Source: a virus. Taken from it: a stretch of DNA of 64,000 nt. Of this stretch, positions 9,215 to 17,181 are shown piece by piece. The notes below the pieces were generated by a model, which did no database searches, was not told where the DNA came from, and worked only from the letters and a program-made list of their open reading frames with translations. The stretch covers positions 32,001 to 96,000 of the IMG/VR virus record IMGVR_UViG_3300032401_001514; one strand, 5' to 3'. How positions within the stretch are numbered: the stretch's first letter is position 1; each line of letters opens with the position of its first letter. Position numbers and translations under genes: made by a program.

Positions 9215-11821
9215 TTATGCCATTAAACCATATGCCTGCAAATCAGCAATAATAGTACCAACTACTTCTGCTAAGTTTTGTGTAGTAATTGTTGTTGTAT
9301 CAAAGCTTCGATCAGTTACCGGGTTAGTAACAGTATATGTTTGGCGAGCAACTGGTGTGCTTGCAAAGAAACCAATACCAACTGTATTAACTTCAAATTT
9401 AATTGCCGCAGCGCTATCTTGTAGCTTCACTGAGCCAACAGTTCCTGAACCAGTTTTGGAACCAGGCTTGATAGTTATACTACCACCATTGCCATTAATA
9501 CTAGCTGCAATACCGGCCGTTACTGTTATTGATGCACCATCGCCTGTAGCTCCAACACCAGAATTGCCTCCTGTAATTGATATAGCTCCGGCAAAACCAG
9601 TTCCTGTTGCCGCACCAGACGTAATGTTAACAAGGCCACCACTACGGTCTGTACCGACAGCATCAGATCCTGTAACATAAATTGGGCCACCATCTCCGTC
9701 TGTTGGTATGCCGCCGGAAATATTAACAATTCCTCCTGCACCAGAAGTGTTTCCTCCAGTGCCACCAACAATAGTAGCGCTTCCTCCGGCTGCACCACCA
9801 CCTCCATTTCCTCCATGCCCACCTTGCAGAATAGCTTCGCCGCCAACGCCTGTACCAGCTCCTGGTCCACCTAAAATAGAAGCTTGTCCACCAGTCCTAG
9901 TTGACCCTGTTGCAACTCCTCCTTTGAGGAGTGCTATGCCTCCATCCCCTCCAGAGAAACCTCCAGAACCACCAGCTATAGTAAGATTTCCTCCAGATAA
10001 AATACCAGTACCGCCGCCACTGCCAGCTGTTATATTAAGAGCGCCACCAATTGCTGTAGAACCGCCATTACCAGCGTTTATATTAAGGGCTCCGCCTATT
10101 CCAGATCCTGTACCAGTTCCGGATTTTAGGGAAAGAATGCCACCCGCTCCTGATGTTGCGCCACCAACTCCAGCAGTTATATTAAGTGCGCCTCCTGTTA
10201 AGGTTGCCCCACCAACACCAGCAGTTATATTAAGTATGCCCCCAACTGCCGAAGCTCCCCCATCTCCAGAAATTATACTAAGCGTGCCTGCTAAACCAGT
10301 TCCAGTTCCGGCACCAGATGTAATGGTAAGCGCGCCTCCAGCACCGTTAGTACTATTCGCGTTACCTGATGTAATGCTTAATGCTCCACCATAACCTGTA
10401 GATCCGCTTCCGCTATCTCCAGCTAAAATCGAAAGTAATCCTCCATTTCCGGTACCAGCGCCAGTTCCAGTTGCAATTACTGCTGCCCCTCCATCACCAT
10501 TAGTACTAGCTGCGTTATTAGCTCCTATAGATATTGAGCCTCCGTTTCCACTAGCTCCGGATCCGCTGGCACCTGATATTATAATTATATCTCCACCATT
10601 TGCGACACCATTACCTGGCGCTGCAAATAAATAAATATTACCGCCTTTAAAACCGGAAGCTGCGGTCCCTCCTGATACAACAACAGTGCCGCCAGAATTG
10701 TCTAATGAGTTTGTTGCATGAATTAAAAATATGTTTGTTGCTAAGGTGGATTGATCCGCTTGTCTAAGCTCAACTATGCCTGCTCCAATAGTGCCAGTTC
10801 CGTATTCAATTACGGTAGCTGTAGCTCCGGCCGCAACAAAACAACTTGTGACTCCATTAGGACTGTGTTTTACAGTGCTAGCACTTTTATATTGAAAATC
10901 AATAACTCCGTTTCCATAACCATCATCACTATTAATGTTTAAATTAATATTCCCAGCAAGCCCAGATGTATTATCGCCTATTTCTAAATTTATGCTACCA
11001 ACTTTAACTCCATTACCACTTGAAGACACACCAGTAACAAATGAAATATCCCCTGTTGTAGAACCATCGCCTGTAGCAATATAAATGTTCCCGCTTTTTC
11101 CTGTTCCACCCGAAATGCCACCATCACCAGTGTATAAAGTAAAATCACCACTAGTTGATGTTAAAGATAAAGGATTAGCATTACCAGTTGCAACAGTTAT
11201 GTCACCACCATAATTACCATTAATTCCATCGCCTGCCGTAATGTTTATTGCTCCTCCACCAAAGACAGCCTCTCCAGCAGCCGGAGAACTGCCAGCTGAT
11301 ATATCAATATTTCCACCGGTTCCAACAACATCATTACCGCCATAAGCAACAACTTGCGCAGGTGATGCGGTTTCACCACCATTAGGATCTCCGCCCTTCA
11401 ATATAGCTAGGCCACCGATACCAGTATAAGAATTTCCACCAGCAATTAATGTTGTGCCACCAGAAAAGCCAGCCGTACCAACTCCTCCAACAATATTAAC
11501 GTATCCTCCATCGCTAGCTACGCCAGGTTCTCCAATAATTGATTGTCCATTTACAATTTTTATATCGTAAGCTCCGGTAGAATTCCCAATAGCTAAAACA
11601 GACTCTAAAGTTGATGCCGACCCTAATATATGATCAACGCCAGTTTCATCAGTAAACAATAAACGATTAGGGGATGTGGTGTTGTCGATCCAAACAATAC
11701 CTTTCCCGGCGGCCACATGTCCTGCGCCGAAACCTGGGCTTTGCTCGTTAAGCACTAAACCTTCAGAAAGCTTTGCGTTTATCGGAGTGTTTGCTATTTG
11801 CTCTCGTCTAGATTTAACCAT
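9215..11821 (-). CDS. Gly-rich repetitive fibre/virion protein
   Basis: Many ~15-17 aa GG-x-hydrophobic-x-I-x-(A/S/T)-G repeats; C-terminal GFFASTPVARQ...VVGTIIADLQAYGL resembling phage fibre termini. Confidence 0.7.
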   Translation of the reverse strand: MVKSRREQIANTPINAKLSEGLVLNEQSPGFGAGHVAAGKGIVWIDNTTSPNRLLFTDETGVDHILGSASTLESVLAIGNSTGAYDIKIVNGQSIIGEPGVASDGGYVNIVGGVGTAGFSGGTTLIAGGNSYTGIGGLAILKGGDPNGGETASPAQVVAYGGNDVVGTGGNIDISAGSSPAAGEAVFGGGAINITAGDGINGNYGGDITVATGNANPLSLTSTSGDFTLYTGDGGISGGTGKSGNIYIATGDGSTTGDISFVTGVSSSGNGVKVGSINLEIGDNTSGLAGNINLNINSDDGYGNGVIDFQYKSASTVKHSPNGVTSCFVAAGATATVIEYGTGTIGAGIVELRQADQSTLATNIFLIHATNSLDNSGGTVVVSGGTAASGFKGGNIYLFAAPGNGVANGGDIIIISGASGSGASGNGGSISIGANNAASTNGDGGAAVIATGTGAGTGNGGLLSILAGDSGSGSTGYGGALSITSGNANSTNGAGGALTITSGAGTGTGLAGTLSIISGDGGASAVGGILNITAGVGGATLTGGALNITAGVGGATSGAGGILSLKSGTGTGSGIGGALNINAGNGGSTAIGGALNITAGSGGGTGILSGGNLTIAGGSGGFSGGDGGIALLKGGVATGSTRTGGQASILGGPGAGTGVGGEAILQGGHGGNGGGGAAGGSATIVGGTGGNTSGAGGIVNISGGIPTDGDGGPIYVTGSDAVGTDRSGGLVNITSGAATGTGFAGAISITGGNSGVGATGDGASITVTAGIAASINGNGGSITIKPGSKTGSGTVGSVKLQDSAAAIKFEVNTVGIGFFASTPVARQTYTVTNPVTDRSFDTTTITTQNLAEVVGTIIADLQAYGLMA

Positions 11822-11839
11822 TTAAATACCCATTTGTGT

Positions 11840-13708
11840 TTATACAACTCTCCAAGCGCCTGTTATACTGTCATATTCAATATCGGCGGATGCGTTAGGG
11901 TTTAATACCAAATCCCCTCCGGCTATAAGAAACCTATTAGCAGCCGAAGAGCTAACGCTTTGATTTTTTATAGTGACCGATGTAGCTCCAATATAAATTA
12001 GAGTTTTTCTTGTGTTGACAGCTGTTGCATCAAATCCAGTAATATCCCATGCTGCATTGCTATCGATTCTAATAACATCAGCAAAATTAAAGTCTGTTGG
12101 TGCCCAATTATTAATACTAGCTGTGAGAGAAGTTGGTGATATTATAGTTCGTTTAATAAATGTTCCGTCAGATGTAACATGTACTTTTAGAACGTTATAT
12201 CCGTCATATATTTTTAAAGATCCATCATTGCCACTTAGGCCACCAGTGCCAATATTAATGATAATATCGCCTCCGTTACCAAGGCTGTTTCCATTCCCAC
12301 TAGTGATATTAATATTGCCGCCATAACCATCATCAATATATATGCCTGTCCCACTAGTTGTAATAATATTAACATCGCCACCGTTTCCATTCAAAGTAGA
12401 GCCGCTTTGTATTATTACATTGCCTCCTGGTCCGATATCAGAGCCTCCTCCTTCAACAATTGTTTTTCCACCACCGCTGGTTCCGTATGCTCCTATTAAG
12501 CCTACGTCTCCGGCATGGATACCATCCATACCGGTATAAATTGTAGTAGCGCCATCAGATTCGGTAAGAGGCCTAGAATGAATTAAAGAAGTTTGATAGT
12601 TGGTATATCTAAAATACAATGTTGTACTTAATGTTCCTAAAACAGCACTGCTTGTATAAGATGGCGAGTCGTTAGAATCTATATATAATATTGGAAATTG
12701 ACCTTCTCCAACAGCCGGAGGTCCCCATATAGAAAATACCCCATTTGTTGTTCCTCCCACCCCAAATGATAAATATATATTACCAGCATCTCCGGAAGTA
12801 CCAGTTCCCGCTTCTATTAAAACGTCCCCACAAACATTTGACACACTGTTTCCGGCTAATATTAAAACGTCCCCTCCACCATCAGCGCCAACACCATCGC
12901 TTGCATTAATATTAATATTACCGCTTATTCCAGTACCATTGCCTATTTGGCTTTTAATAAAAACGGATGAGCCATTAGCATTTAATGTTGGCTGACCACT
13001 TTTATAAAGTATGCTAAAGTTCCCAGCATTATCAGCAAGAGTCATATTAACGCTTGCACTTGGATTAAACGTTAAAAAATCAGATCCGTCTTTTTTAAAC
13101 CTAATTAATTCTGGATTTAGCCCGCTACTTAAAACGTTTAAATCTAAATATCCATCTGGGGCAATAACCATATCTCCATTAGTCATGGATATGTTTGTTC
13201 CGCCAGTTACATTTCCAAGTATCAAAGTTTGAGCGAGCGTTTGGCTTCCGCCGCCGCCTCCACCACTACCACTTGTAATATACCAAAATTCAACAACGTC
13301 AGTAGTTTGAAGTGAAAAATCTGTACTAATCCATGTAACAGTTAAGCCTGATACAGTATAATCAGCGCCATAATTTTCTTTATTACCATTAACAAACATT
13401 TCAACTGCGGATCCTTTAGATGGCGAGGATCCTAATGTGATGCTTGTCTGTCCGTTAGTAGAAATTGCAATAGTCTCTTGAACCTGACCTATGCTGCCGC
13501 CACCTCCGCCACCACCAGCTTCTAAAGCATCAATGCGCGCCTTTACTGTCCCATAATCTCTAGAAGGGTCGGAACCCAATTCAGATTCTATTGCAATAAT
13601 GGCACCACGTAGGTTATTTACGACAGCTGCATTAACAGGAGTCACCAAATCAATTGAAACCGGAAGTTCGGTTTGTCCATCTATTGAGTTAGGGTATTTT
13701 GTAGACAA
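11840..13708 (-). CDS. Gly-rich fibre/virion protein (TTG start)
   Basis: N-terminal YPNSID anchor-like motif, poly-Gly linkers, the same GG..I..G repeats, and a C-terminal beta domain ending YDSITGAWRVV. Confidence 0.7.
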   Translation of the reverse strand: MSTKYPNSIDGQTELPVSIDLVTPVNAAVVNNLRGAIIAIESELGSDPSRDYGTVKARIDALEAGGGGGGGSIGQVQETIAISTNGQTSITLGSSPSKGSAVEMFVNGNKENYGADYTVSGLTVTWISTDFSLQTTDVVEFWYITSGSGGGGGGSQTLAQTLILGNVTGGTNISMTNGDMVIAPDGYLDLNVLSSGLNPELIRFKKDGSDFLTFNPSASVNMTLADNAGNFSILYKSGQPTLNANGSSVFIKSQIGNGTGISGNININASDGVGADGGGDVLILAGNSVSNVCGDVLIEAGTGTSGDAGNIYLSFGVGGTTNGVFSIWGPPAVGEGQFPILYIDSNDSPSYTSSAVLGTLSTTLYFRYTNYQTSLIHSRPLTESDGATTIYTGMDGIHAGDVGLIGAYGTSGGGKTIVEGGGSDIGPGGNVIIQSGSTLNGNGGDVNIITTSGTGIYIDDGYGGNINITSGNGNSLGNGGDIIINIGTGGLSGNDGSLKIYDGYNVLKVHVTSDGTFIKRTIISPTSLTASINNWAPTDFNFADVIRIDSNAAWDITGFDATAVNTRKTLIYIGATSVTIKNQSVSSSAANRFLIAGGDLVLNPNASADIEYDSITGAWRVV

Positions 13709-13759
13709 TTGTTTTCCAGAATGATAATTTTAAAGTCAATTATATTCCTTAATATGCAC

Positions 13760-13790
13760 AAAAAAAGCCCAGAGCTTAAGCGCTGGGCTA
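13760..13790 (-). terminator. Intrinsic terminator
   Basis: Minus strand AGCCCAG-N10-CTGGGCT followed by a T-run. Confidence 0.65.
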
Positions 13791-13820
13791 AATATCCAAT
13801 GTTATGAATTTTGGATATAA

Positions 13821-13852
13821 AATAAAAAGGCCCAGTACTTTCGTACCAGGCC
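13821..13852 (-). terminator. Intrinsic terminator with GAAA tetraloop
   Basis: Minus strand GGCCTGGTAC-GAAA-GTACTGGGCC-TTTTTATT. Confidence 0.8.
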
Positions 13853-13897
13853 CGTATATAACTAAATTAATTAAATTATATTATTCTATAATGAGGC

Positions 13898-14206
13898 TTA
13901 AACCACCCCCTTAAAGATGCTTTCGAGTTTATTAACCGATAAATCCTTTAATGGCAATCGGTAATAAAACGTGTGACGACCTCCGGCTAGGCCTAAGCTT
14001 GTGGCGGAACGGCATTGAATGTCGAATCCTCCAAAGCTATCCTTGCGCAAATCTCGAAGCCTAGAGCCGGCAGAGGCGACACGGAAAGCAGACCGTGGGG
14101 TCCACTCGCTCTTCGCAGTGATCAGAGTGTGCAAAACACGCTGAGTGTTGTTCGAAAATCTACGACGATTTAGTTTAGTCATTAATGTAACTAATGTTCT
14201 ACTCAT
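13898..14206 (-). CDS. Winged helix-turn-helix DNA-binding protein
   Basis: TQRVLHTL...SRLRDLRK...IQC...YYRL pattern typical of small phage wHTH proteins; GGAG RBS 7 nt before ATG 14206. Confidence 0.6.
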   Translation of the reverse strand: MSRTLVTLMTKLNRRRFSNNTQRVLHTLITAKSEWTPRSAFRVASAGSRLRDLRKDSFGGFDIQCRSATSLGLAGGRHTFYYRLPLKDLSVNKLESIFKGVV

Positions 14207-14222
14207 ATTCATTCTCCGTCTT

Positions 14223-14241
14223 TCCAACTTTTTTAGTTGGA
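14223..14241. promoter_or_regulatory. Perfect inverted repeat (possible operator)
   Basis: TCCAACT-N5-AGTTGGA just upstream of the RBS of the wHTH gene. Confidence 0.4.
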
Positions 14242-14299
14242 TTGTTTGTTGTTTAAAACTAAAGTTATATCGAAAAGGACGCTCGACATTTTAGAACTA

Positions 14300-14479
14300 T
14301 TATTTTTTCAAAACAGGAATTTCTTCCGTTAATTTAATCCATTCTTCTAAACTAACTTCAGCAGAATTTACTATTTTCTTAAGAGAGTTATTAGAATCTT
14401 TTGCCCCAAGAATAATAGCTATCTTATCTTCGGAATAATAAATTTCTATAAAGCTGTTGTTATCAAAATCTATTCTCAT
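14300..14479 (-). CDS. Small hypothetical protein (59 aa)
   Basis: Manual translation MRIDFDNNSFIEIYYSEDKIAIILGAKDSNNSLKKIVNSAEVSLEEWIKLTEEIPVLKK*; ATGA overlap with the LAGLIDADG stop. Confidence 0.6.
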   Translation of the reverse strand: MRIDFDNNSFIEIYYSEDKIAIILGAKDSNNSLKKIVNSAEVSLEEWIKLTEEIPVLKK

Positions 14480-15297
14480 AATTTCCTATTTAAATATTTT
14501 TTTCTAGTAACAACAATTGATTGACACAGATCATATTTTCGTTTCAAATATATTGTTGAATCATTATACAAATAATCTTTTATTTCGGTGCAAATTATAT
14601 TTCCTGAATATTTTAACATTCCGAAACCACTGTTTATTTTTGGTCTTGTTTTTGAATTTATATGCAAATTATTTTCAAAAATATTCATAAATTGGGTTAA
14701 CACAGATATTGTCCCACGTATATTAATCTCTGCTTTTCTTGGCAATTTAGAAAATGTAATACATCCATCACCATCAAAATAACCTCGAATAAAATGGTTT
14801 ACTAATTTATGAGTAATTAACCAATTAGGCATATCATATATATGGGTTTTTCTTTGTGTTAAATTAAATCTATTTAAATCATCAAATAATTGACTTGATG
14901 ATATGCATATAGTATGTTTTATACTATCTTTCCATTTGCTGTTTGTAAGACTATGTTTTGTTATTGATTTACTAATTGGGCCACTATAATTTAATGTATT
15001 TTTTAATAATTGCACATGGCTTAAATCTTTTTCTGCTAATGACAAAATTAATCTTTTAGAATTTTGTTTTTTATATAAACAGCCATCAGCTGCTAAAAAT
15101 CCGGCCCAATAAAAACTAGCCTCATTATCTTTTGAAAAAAAATAATGATTGCATTCATATCTGCTTCTTGTTGTAAATAAATGACTTAAATCATTAAGCT
15201 CAAATAATAAATCTTTATAATTTATATTAAATTTATCAGATATATTTTTCAATAAATTATTTTTAATAATTTCTAAACTTATTTTTTCATTCGTCAT
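14476..15297 (-). mobile_element. Free-standing two-motif LAGLIDADG homing endonuclease
   Basis: YWAGFLAADGCL and FIRGYFDGDGCI motifs. Confidence 0.9.
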
Positions 15298-16102
15298 TAG
15301 TTATTTCTGTTATAATATGATTTCCGTCTTCCATGATTGTAATAGAATGTTCAAAATGAGCATTAATATCTTCTGTCGTTACAGTCCAATTATCTGGTGA
15401 AATCTTTGTTTTAGTAGATCCTATTACTAATAATGGTTCTATTGCAATGGATAATCCTGGCTGTATTGTAATTCCTTCATTTTGATTAGCTTTGTTAGCA
15501 ACGAATGGTTCGGAGTGCGGTTTGTTATAATCTATCCCGTGCCCTCCGTAGGTTTCTATTACATTAAACCCAGTAGCTTGAGCATGTTTATAAATGGCAT
15601 TACCTATTACGCCAAGTTTTTTGCCTATTGCAACAGATTTGATTGCTAGCCTTAATGCTTCTTTACAAGCATTAACTAACCGAACGTGTTCCGGATTTTT
15701 TGGAACGCCATATATAGCTGTGCGAGCAGCATCTGCAATTGCTCCCTCATAAGTGGCTCCAAGATCCAAACTAACAATATCACCATCACATAAGATATAA
15801 TCATTTGGTATTCCATGAACTAATTGTTTATTTACTGAAAGGCAAACAGACCCTGGAAAGCCTTTATAATTTTTAAATGTTGGTGTACAATTATAAAATC
15901 TCATATAAGTAAGAGCCATTTGTTCAATGTCTATCAAAGATAAATTAGGTGTTTTATCTTTGATCATTTGATCAAATGCTTTAAGTATATTAGATACGCA
16001 TCGCCCAGCATGTTTTTGACGATTTAGCCAAACATAATCTTTTAATATAATAAGATTATGATTATCAAACGTTGGCAGCAGGTTCTTTTGAAGTTTTGAC
16101 AT
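15287..16102 (-). CDS. map: Methionine aminopeptidase type I
   Basis: CLSVNKQLVHGIP, SLDLG, DAART, GHGI, IEP, AHFEHSI metal-ligand motifs. Confidence 0.95.
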   Translation of the reverse strand: MSKLQKNLLPTFDNHNLIILKDYVWLNRQKHAGRCVSNILKAFDQMIKDKTPNLSLIDIEQMALTYMRFYNCTPTFKNYKGFPGSVCLSVNKQLVHGIPNDYILCDGDIVSLDLGATYEGAIADAARTAIYGVPKNPEHVRLVNACKEALRLAIKSVAIGKKLGVIGNAIYKHAQATGFNVIETYGGHGIDYNKPHSEPFVANKANQNEGITIQPGLSIAIEPLLVIGSTKTKISPDNWTVTTEDINAHFEHSITIMEDGNHIITEITNDE

Positions 16103-16115
16103 TTTTCTTAAGCTT

Positions 16116-16184
16116 CTTTACAGGAGCTTCCCGCGAGTCTTTACAGGAGCTTCCCGCGAGTCTTTACAGGAGCTTCCCGTGAGT
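16116..16184. repeat. 23-bp tandem repeat x3
   Basis: CTTTACAGGAGCTTCCCG(C/T)GAGT at 16116, 16139 and 16162; no spacers. Confidence 0.95.
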
Positions 16185-16479
16185 CATTAACAGCAGCAAC
16201 CGTAGCTTCCTCGACAGAAATTCTCTTTACTGAAGTTCTATCAAGCTTTGATCTTTCTTCCGCTATTCTCTTGTTAATATCTTCTATGTCATCTTTATCT
16301 TGTTGAGACGAGCTGCTTAATAATAAATCAACAAACATTTTATCTAACTTCATACCTTCTTGTTGCAGTTTATGAAGTTGAGGTTTCGGAACAACGCCAC
16401 GACCTGTATTTAAAATGCTTGCTATATGATTTTTTACAGAGGCGATATTAGCTAGCTGTTGTAAGTCTTTACTGTCCAT
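16141..16479 (-). CDS. Hypothetical protein whose C-terminus is set by the 23-bp repeat
   Basis: 112-aa ORF terminating inside the second repeat unit. Confidence 0.7.
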   Translation of the reverse strand: MDSKDLQQLANIASVKNHIASILNTGRGVVPKPQLHKLQQEGMKLDKMFVDLLLSSSSQQDKDDIEDINKRIAEERSKLDRTSVKRISVEEATVAAVNDSREAPVKTRGKLL

Positions 16480-16744
16480 TTTCTAATTCCTTTATCTCGG
16501 GTTGCTCAGGTTGTTCAGGTTGCTTTGCTCTTGAAATTTTACCATCATCTCTGATGTCATCTTTGCCTGGTATAAGATTATATTTCATAAATAATGATAA
16601 AACTACATATTTAGCTTCCATTTGAGCAGCTTTGCTTTCAGCAATAGCTTTATCTGCCATAGAAGATGCTAACATAGAGTTTGATACTATTTGTCTATAA
16701 GCTAGTAAATCATTAGCCGACAAGTGTTCTTCTTCTAAAGTCAT
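16469..16744 (-). CDS. Hypothetical protein with QPEQPEQPE linker
   Basis: 91-aa ORF with RBS GGAAA. Confidence 0.7.
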   Translation of the reverse strand: MTLEEEHLSANDLLAYRQIVSNSMLASSMADKAIAESKAAQMEAKYVVLSLFMKYNLIPGKDDIRDDGKISRAKQPEQPEQPEIKELENGQ

Positions 16745-16785
16745 ATTTTCCTATATATCATCTCTCATAATTATTACTCTTTGTG

Positions 16786-17181
16786 CTAATCAGTATCGCT
16801 AGTATTGTCATCTTGTTCATCAAAAACTGACCAAAATTCAATGTTGATAAGGGTATATATTTTTTTTTTCGGATCCAATTGAGATAGATCTTCATGCAAT
16901 TCATATTTTGGTTTTTTCCATTTTCCAATAATATGTTTCTCTAAATATATTGTTATTCCTCCATCCTTATCATCTAACACTAACAAGTCATTAAAATTAA
17001 GTATTTTGCGAAGCTTAATTTTTTGTTCTATTGTCATGTCCTCATTGTTTTCAGAAAAACAATCGCTTAATTCTAGACCGCATTGTAATAATACATTTTT
17101 GGTCCAAGAAAATTGATATTGTGTAGCTATTTGCTTAGCATTCTCTCTATCAACCGCTAATGTTTCTTTGTTCCAGTTCAT
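16786..17181 (-). CDS. Hypothetical protein
   Basis: 131-aa ORF abutting the nrdJ stop. Confidence 0.7.
   Translation of the reverse strand: MNWNKETLAVDRENAKQIATQYQFSWTKNVLLQCGLELSDCFSENNEDMTIEQKIKLRKILNFNDLLVLDDKDGGITIYLEKHIIGKWKKPKYELHEDLSQLDPKKKIYTLINIEFWSVFDEQDDNTSDTD

Noticed and set aside
9201-12539. Long plus-strand ORFs rich in Pro/Ala (9201-9680, 9708-10394, 12012-12326, 12342-12539)
   Set aside because: Antisense shadows of the Gly-rich repeat genes (GGN read as NCC); no RBS or independent motifs. The same applies to the other short plus-strand ORFs inside long minus-strand genes
9215-13708. Diversity-generating retroelement acting on the fibre C-termini
   Set aside because: No reverse transcriptase and no template/variable repeat pair differing at adenines was seen in this window
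16116-16184. 23-bp repeats as a mini CRISPR array
   Set aside because: Units are directly adjacent with no spacers and no cas genes
7468-16760. TGATATATA just upstream of genes at 7450 and 16744 as a phage late promoter
   Set aside because: Only two intergenic copies; an AT-rich 9-mer is expected about twice per strand by chance in 64 kb of this composition; needs genome-wide motif analysis
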